In this document: positions 20,944 through 25,377 of the stretch, piece by piece
Position numbering within the stretch: the first letter of the stretch is position 1
How the letters are laid out: each line of letters starts with the position of its first letter
Assembly: GCA_050012475.1 (NCBI GenBank)
Contig: JBEKHC010000078.1
Coordinates: forward strand, 1 to 25,377
Reading direction: 5' to 3'
Length of the DNA stretch: 25,377 bases
Origin: Candidatus Velthaea sp.
GTDB lineage: Bacteria > Vulcanimicrobiota > Vulcanimicrobiia > Vulcanimicrobiales > Vulcanimicrobiaceae
Made by a program: the position numbers and the translations under genes
Notes under the pieces: model-generated
The model's input: the letters and a program-made list of their open reading frames with translations, nothing else
The model's database searches: none
What the model was told of the DNA's origin: nothing

Positions 20944-21203
20944 TATTGGCTCCGATCATGAGGGTTGAGGGATCTGGAGCAATGATGCGCCCGCGGGGTG
21001 AGCGCGATAACTCACAACCACACGAATTACCTACACAACTGAATCTACACAGAAGCACGCGGAAGGCGGTCGCCGTGCGGCCTTGCGGCTATTTCGGCGC
21101 GCCGGCGCCGGGCGCTGAGGCTCTGCTCGAGCAAGTCTGCGAGCGCGAACGGGTCAGGCGGCGTGAGGACGGCATCTCCAGCGAAGCGAAGACCGCCCGT
21201 ACG

Positions 21204-23714
21204 GTGAAGGAGCGGGAGATCCAGGCTGTTCGCTCTTCGGACTTCGGGACGCTCCTGCGGCGCCATCGGCTGACCGCCGGACTGTCGCAGGAGGCCCTGG
21301 CTGACCTCGCTCGCATGAGCACGAACGGTATCGGCGCACTCGAGCGGGGCGATCGCCGCACGCCCCAGCGCGAAACGCTCGCACTCTTAGCCAAAGCACT
21401 TGGGCTGGATGCCGAGCAGCGCCGGGAGTTCGAGGCCGCCGGCATGCGTCCCGGGACGTTGCGCCCCGGGGACGGCCGAACGTCGATCGCCGGCGCGCGC
21501 TCGACCGAGGACCGGGGCCAGCAAGTCCGCAACAACCTGCCGATCGCCTTGACGAGCCTTATCGGTCGCGACGTCGAGATCGTCGAGATCAGCGCGCTCG
21601 TGCGCGAGCATCGACTCGTCACGCTGACGGGTGCCGGAGGCGTCGGCAAGACGCGGTGCGCGCTCGAGATTGCCACGCGGTCGCTCAACGACCCAGACGC
21701 CGGCAACGGCGCATGGTTGATCGAACTCGCCCCGCTGCGCGACGCGGCGTTGATTTCCGCAACGATTGCGCGCGTGCTGGAGCTCCAAACAGCGCAAAAC
21801 GACCAGTTGCTTGAGACCCTGCTTTCGTACCTCAAGCAAAAGATGCTGCTCCTGATCCTCGATAATTGCGAGCACCTCGTCGAGGCTGTCGCAAGCGTTA
21901 GCAACGCGATCCTGCGCGGCTGTCCGCACGTGCGAATCCTTGCGACGAGCCGCGAGCCCCTCAGAGTCGCCGGAGAGCACATCTACCGCATGCCGTCGCT
22001 GAGTGTCCCGTCAGCGCAGGTTGCCAATCGACTGGCGCTGTCCGACGCCGGCAGATACGGGGCCGTGATGCTTTTTGCCGAGCGTGCGCGTGCAGCCGAC
22101 CATCAGTTCATTTTGACCGACGGCAACACGCAGATCGTCGGCGAAATCTGCCGCCGACTCGACGGCATTCCGCTGGCGATCGAGCTTGCGGCAGCGTATG
22201 TGGCGACCCTTCCGCTCAAAACAATTTCTGAGAAGCTCGACGGGCGATTTGCGATACTCACCGGCGGCGATCGCACCACATTGCCGCGGCAGCGGACGAT
22301 GCGCGCGCTCATCGACTGGAGCTACGACCTGCTCTCCTCGCAAGAGCGATTGCTGCTTGTCCGTCTAGCGGTGTTCCAAGGCGGGTTCACCGCCGACGCG
22401 GTCACCGCCGTCTGCGTTGATGAATACGCCCCGGCGAATGTCATCGAGCTGCTATCGTCTTTGGTCGGAAAATCGCTGGTCGTCGCCGAAATCACGGGAG
22501 ATGCGGTCCGCTATCGTTTACTAGAATCGGTGCGCGCGTACGGACTCGAGAAAATCGATGCGATGGGAGCGCTCGTACGAACTGCGGAGCGACATGCACG
22601 CTGGGTTGCGCAATTCGCAGAAACCGCGGCGAAGCAGTATTGGGAGCTCTCCTTCGAGCAATGGCTGGTATCGGTCGAACCGGAGCTCGATAACGTTCGT
22701 GCGGCGCTAGACTGGATTCGTCGCAACGAGAGCGCCGCCGTCATGGGAGCGCAAATTGCGGGCAATCTCCACGGCCTTTGGGCGTGGGGGACGCTTATCG
22801 GCGAGGGTGGAGACTACTTGGAAAACGCTCTTGATTGCGTCGCTGAAGCCGATCATCCCCGAACAGTGGCGACCATCCACTACGCGATTGCCGATATCAA
22901 CGTCGGAGCAAAGCGAGTTCCCGCCGCCGAGCGCGCGTACGCACTGTTCGAGCAAATCGACGATCGATTTCAAATGGCGAACAGCTTGGTGGTGTTGTGC
23001 AGAGGATATCGCCAGATGGGGCGCCATGAGGCTGCCCAACTGGCAGCAACGAAGGCATTGCGCGCCTACCAAACGCTCGGGCGGACGACCTCTTGGCAGT
23101 ATGCTTGCGCGCTCACTGCAAGTGCTGCGATCGAAGGGAACCTGGGCCGCTACGACAGGGCTAGAAATCTTGCAGAAGAGGCGATGACATTGTCCCAGAC
23201 GCTTGGTGATCGCCTCCAGTTGGCCACCTGCTGCATCCACTTGGGTGAACTTGAGTTCAAGGCTGGCGAAGTGACCGAAGCAATCTCGCACGCTCTGGAA
23301 GCAGCAGACATGTTTGGGAGTTTTCGAGATTCTGCTAGCGCGGGATGGGCTCTGCACAATGCCGCCGCTTACCTCATCGCCTCCGGTGACTTGGAGCGCG
23401 GGAGGTTGTGTGCCATCGATGCCTTAGTTGCTTCGCGCGACGCTCGATCTGCAGTCAATATTACGATCGCCATTCTACAAATAGCCACGACGATGTCGCT
23501 CCTTGGCAACGCTAGACGCGCTGCCGTACTGTGCGGTTACGTCGATAAGTGGTTCCGCGAGAGTGGCTTCGAACGCGAATTCACTGAACAACAGACGTAC
23601 GCGTTGCTGGTGGCCGCGCTTTGCAAGGAGCTCGCTGAAGACGAGCTTCTTCAACTCACCATGGCGGGAACCGAGCTCTCGGAGGCGCAGGCCGTCATCG
23701 AGGCGCTTCGATAG
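21204..23714 (+). CDS. XRE HTH + STAND/NB-ARC-type ATPase + TPR-like transcriptional regulator (start uncertain; ORF open from 20946)
   Basis: FGTLLRRHRLTAGLSQEALA...ERGDRRTP (XRE); NNLPIALTSLIGR; Walker A GAGGVGKT; Walker B LLILDNCEH; LATSREPL; LDGIPLAIELAA; YRLLESVRAY; helical repeat C-terminus. Confidence 0.92.
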   Translation: MKEREIQAVRSSDFGTLLRRHRLTAGLSQEALADLARMSTNGIGALERGDRRTPQRETLALLAKALGLDAEQRREFEAAGMRPGTLRPGDGRTSIAGARSTEDRGQQVRNNLPIALTSLIGRDVEIVEISALVREHRLVTLTGAGGVGKTRCALEIATRSLNDPDAGNGAWLIELAPLRDAALISATIARVLELQTAQNDQLLETLLSYLKQKMLLLILDNCEHLVEAVASVSNAILRGCPHVRILATSREPLRVAGEHIYRMPSLSVPSAQVANRLALSDAGRYGAVMLFAERARAADHQFILTDGNTQIVGEICRRLDGIPLAIELAAAYVATLPLKTISEKLDGRFAILTGGDRTTLPRQRTMRALIDWSYDLLSSQERLLLVRLAVFQGGFTADAVTAVCVDEYAPANVIELLSSLVGKSLVVAEITGDAVRYRLLESVRAYGLEKIDAMGALVRTAERHARWVAQFAETAAKQYWELSFEQWLVSVEPELDNVRAALDWIRRNESAAVMGAQIAGNLHGLWAWGTLIGEGGDYLENALDCVAEADHPRTVATIHYAIADINVGAKRVPAAERAYALFEQIDDRFQMANSLVVLCRGYRQMGRHEAAQLAATKALRAYQTLGRTTSWQYACALTASAAIEGNLGRYDRARNLAEEAMTLSQTLGDRLQLATCCIHLGELEFKAGEVTEAISHALEAADMFGSFRDSASAGWALHNAAAYLIASGDLERGRLCAIDALVASRDARSAVNITIAILQIATTMSLLGNARRAAVLCGYVDKWFRESGFEREFTEQQTYALLVAALCKELAEDELLQLTMAGTELSEAQAVIEALR

Positions 23715-23737
23715 GGGCTTCCCATAGCGGCGCAGAC

Positions 23738-24385
23738 TTACCCGCCGGTGTCCGCGTTCTCGACCCGTGGACGTAACCGAACGCGGATTGCGCATCGTGC
23801 GCGGTCGAGTGCGGTTCGATCTCCGTGAAGGATGAACGCGGTGTTTGCCGCGACCAAGAGAGCGTTGCACTCGAACGCGATTTGCGAAGCCGGCGCATCA
23901 TCGAGCAGTCCAGTCGCTTGCGCCTCAGCGACGTTGCGCTCGAGAAGCTGCATCCACTGACGCTGATACTTCGCGATGCGCTCGCGAACCGGACCCGGTC
24001 GCGCGCCGACCTCCGCCGCGGCCACCGCGAAGAAACAGCCACCCGGAAAAACCAACCGCTCGACGTACGACAAAAACCGTTCGCAGAGTTGTTCGATCCG
24101 TTCGCGTGGCACGAGGGCAGCTTCCGCCGGCGCGATGATTTCGCGCACGAATATTTCGCGCGCAGCCTCGATGGTCGCGAGCTGCAACCTTTCCTTCGAG
24201 CGGAAGTGCGCGAAGAGCCCGCTTTTGCTGATCCCCGATTCCTCGGCCAGCCGTCCGATAGAGAGCCGCTCCAGACCCTCGACGGTCGCCAGCCGCACCG
24301 CCGTCTCGAGGATCGCCCGCCGCGTGCGTTCCCCATCTAATCGGATCCGTCTCTCCGGGGCGCCGTCTGCGGGATTTTTCGACAT
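23738..24385 (-). CDS. TetR/AcrR family transcriptional regulator
   Basis: GERTRRAILETAVRLATVEGLERLSIGRLAEESGISKSGLFAHFRSKERL; FPGGCFF in the C-terminal domain. Confidence 0.95.
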   Translation of the reverse strand: MSKNPADGAPERRIRLDGERTRRAILETAVRLATVEGLERLSIGRLAEESGISKSGLFAHFRSKERLQLATIEAAREIFVREIIAPAEAALVPRERIEQLCERFLSYVERLVFPGGCFFAVAAAEVGARPGPVRERIAKYQRQWMQLLERNVAEAQATGLLDDAPASQIAFECNALLVAANTAFILHGDRTALDRARCAIRVRLRPRVENADTGG

Positions 24386-24391
24386 TGCTAC

Positions 24392-24443
24392 TTGACAAGA
24401 TAGCACGAACGGTCGTATTTGTTAAGAGCGAACGATCGTGCTA
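24392..24443. promoter_or_regulatory. Divergent promoter region with two inverted TetR-type operators
   Basis: TAGCACGAACGGTCGT (24401-24416) and the inverted GCGAACGATCGTGCTA (24428-24443). Minus strand: TTAACA-17-TATCTT with an extended TG. Plus strand: TTGACA at 24392 with only a weak -10. Confidence 0.75.
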
Positions 24444-24459
24444 ACTCAGGGAGGTGCCC

Positions 24460-25026
24460 ATGATTGCCAAGGCTTCACTCGTGGCCGGCCGCCAAGCCCC
24501 GCTGCGGCACGCCTACCTCGAAGATCCGCAACGTGCCCTCAGCGTGAAATGGGCCGCAACCAAAGCGGCCGCAGGCGCTGATGCGTTCCACTCCGTGGTT
24601 GAAATCGGCAAAGGCTACGGAGTGTCACAGCGGCTCGGGATCGATCACACGGTTGGTGGCGACCACGACCTGCCGAATCCGGCGGATCTGCTCTGCGCGG
24701 CGCTGGCCGCTTGCGAGGACTCGGCCGTACGCATGATCGCCGATCTTCTCGGCGTTCGGATCCTCGATCTAACCGTGGAAGTCACGGGCGACGTCGACGT
24801 ACGTGGCGCCCTCGCAATCGATCGCTCGGTCAAAGTTGGTTTCCGCTCGATGAATTGCCACGTGCGTTTGCGCGTGCCGCAAAGCACCGAGCAACCGCGA
24901 CTCGCTGCACTGCGCAAACAGTCCGAGGCGTCATGCGTCAATCTCGATACGCTCCGCTCCGGCGTCCCAGTCGCTGTCGACTTCGCAGTCGAAATCGCCG
25001 ACGAGAGGTCTTCCTCGGCAGGTTAG
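24460..25026 (+). CDS. OsmC/Ohr family protein
   Basis: GGDHDLPNPADLLCAALAAC, VEVTGDVDVRG, second Cys in SCVNLDTL; GGAGG RBS. Confidence 0.9.
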   Translation: MIAKASLVAGRQAPLRHAYLEDPQRALSVKWAATKAAAGADAFHSVVEIGKGYGVSQRLGIDHTVGGDHDLPNPADLLCAALAACEDSAVRMIADLLGVRILDLTVEVTGDVDVRGALAIDRSVKVGFRSMNCHVRLRVPQSTEQPRLAALRKQSEASCVNLDTLRSGVPVAVDFAVEIADERSSSAG

Positions 25027-25332
25027 CGTCGTCCGATCTCCGCACATCGTTTGCGTTACGTACGCTCGTCATCGCATCTGTCGCTGTCCAATCCGGGCGA
25101 ACCGCGCACGAGAAAATGCTCGACGAACCCGAATTGGAGTTCAACTTCTCTGCTTGCCACGTTCCGCCGGCTTGCCCGCTTTACTCAGCTTGTCGGAAAT
25201 CGAGCGCCTTCCCGCTTAAGAAGCACTCGGCGGCATCTTAATGCGTGAATCTGTTACGACAGTGCACGGCGTGCGTTTAATCTTCTGACGGTGTAGGATA
25301 GTAGGACCCCGTCGTTTAGTAGAGGTTTGGAA

Positions 25333-25377
25333 ATGACGCAAACGTTAGACGAAATACAAGAGCAAGAGCAAGAGCAA
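25333..25377 (+). CDS. Start of an ORF cut by the window edge (MTQTLDEIQEQEQEQ), ending in a CAAGAG tandem repeat
   Basis: GAGG RBS at 25322-25325, ATG at 25333, (CAAGAG)x3.5 at 25357-25377. Confidence 0.5.
   Translation, partial: MTQTLDEIQEQEQEQ

Overview
High-GC bacterial accessory region. The gene content is reminiscent of Vulcanimicrobiota/Ca. Eremiobacterota, but that is inference only. Intact genes: acetate transporter SatP, a lipoprotein, a DUF2867-like protein, a Ser/Thr/Ala catabolic cluster (sdaA divergent from ridA-permease-threonine dehydratase-ald), a stand-alone TonB C-terminal domain protein, an XRE-HTH/STAND ATPase/TPR regulator, and a TetR-OsmC pair with a double operator. 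These are interleaved with decayed pieces: SDR, TfoX, alr, AKR, ECF sigma, DUF4242, ISKra4 and IS66. The most striking structure is four same-orientation, diverged copies of the 3' part of one diguanylate cyclase (GGDEF) gene (about 1096, 4954, 14141, 18320). The two best-preserved copies are cut at exactly the same codon and preceded by a shared ~125-bp non-GGDEF arm. Three copies are followed by a shared ~50-80-bp tail. The copies separate blocks of unrelated cargo. I infer a tandem array of integrative elements that target a GGDEF gene and carry replacement 3' halves of it. No integrase gene is visible in the window.
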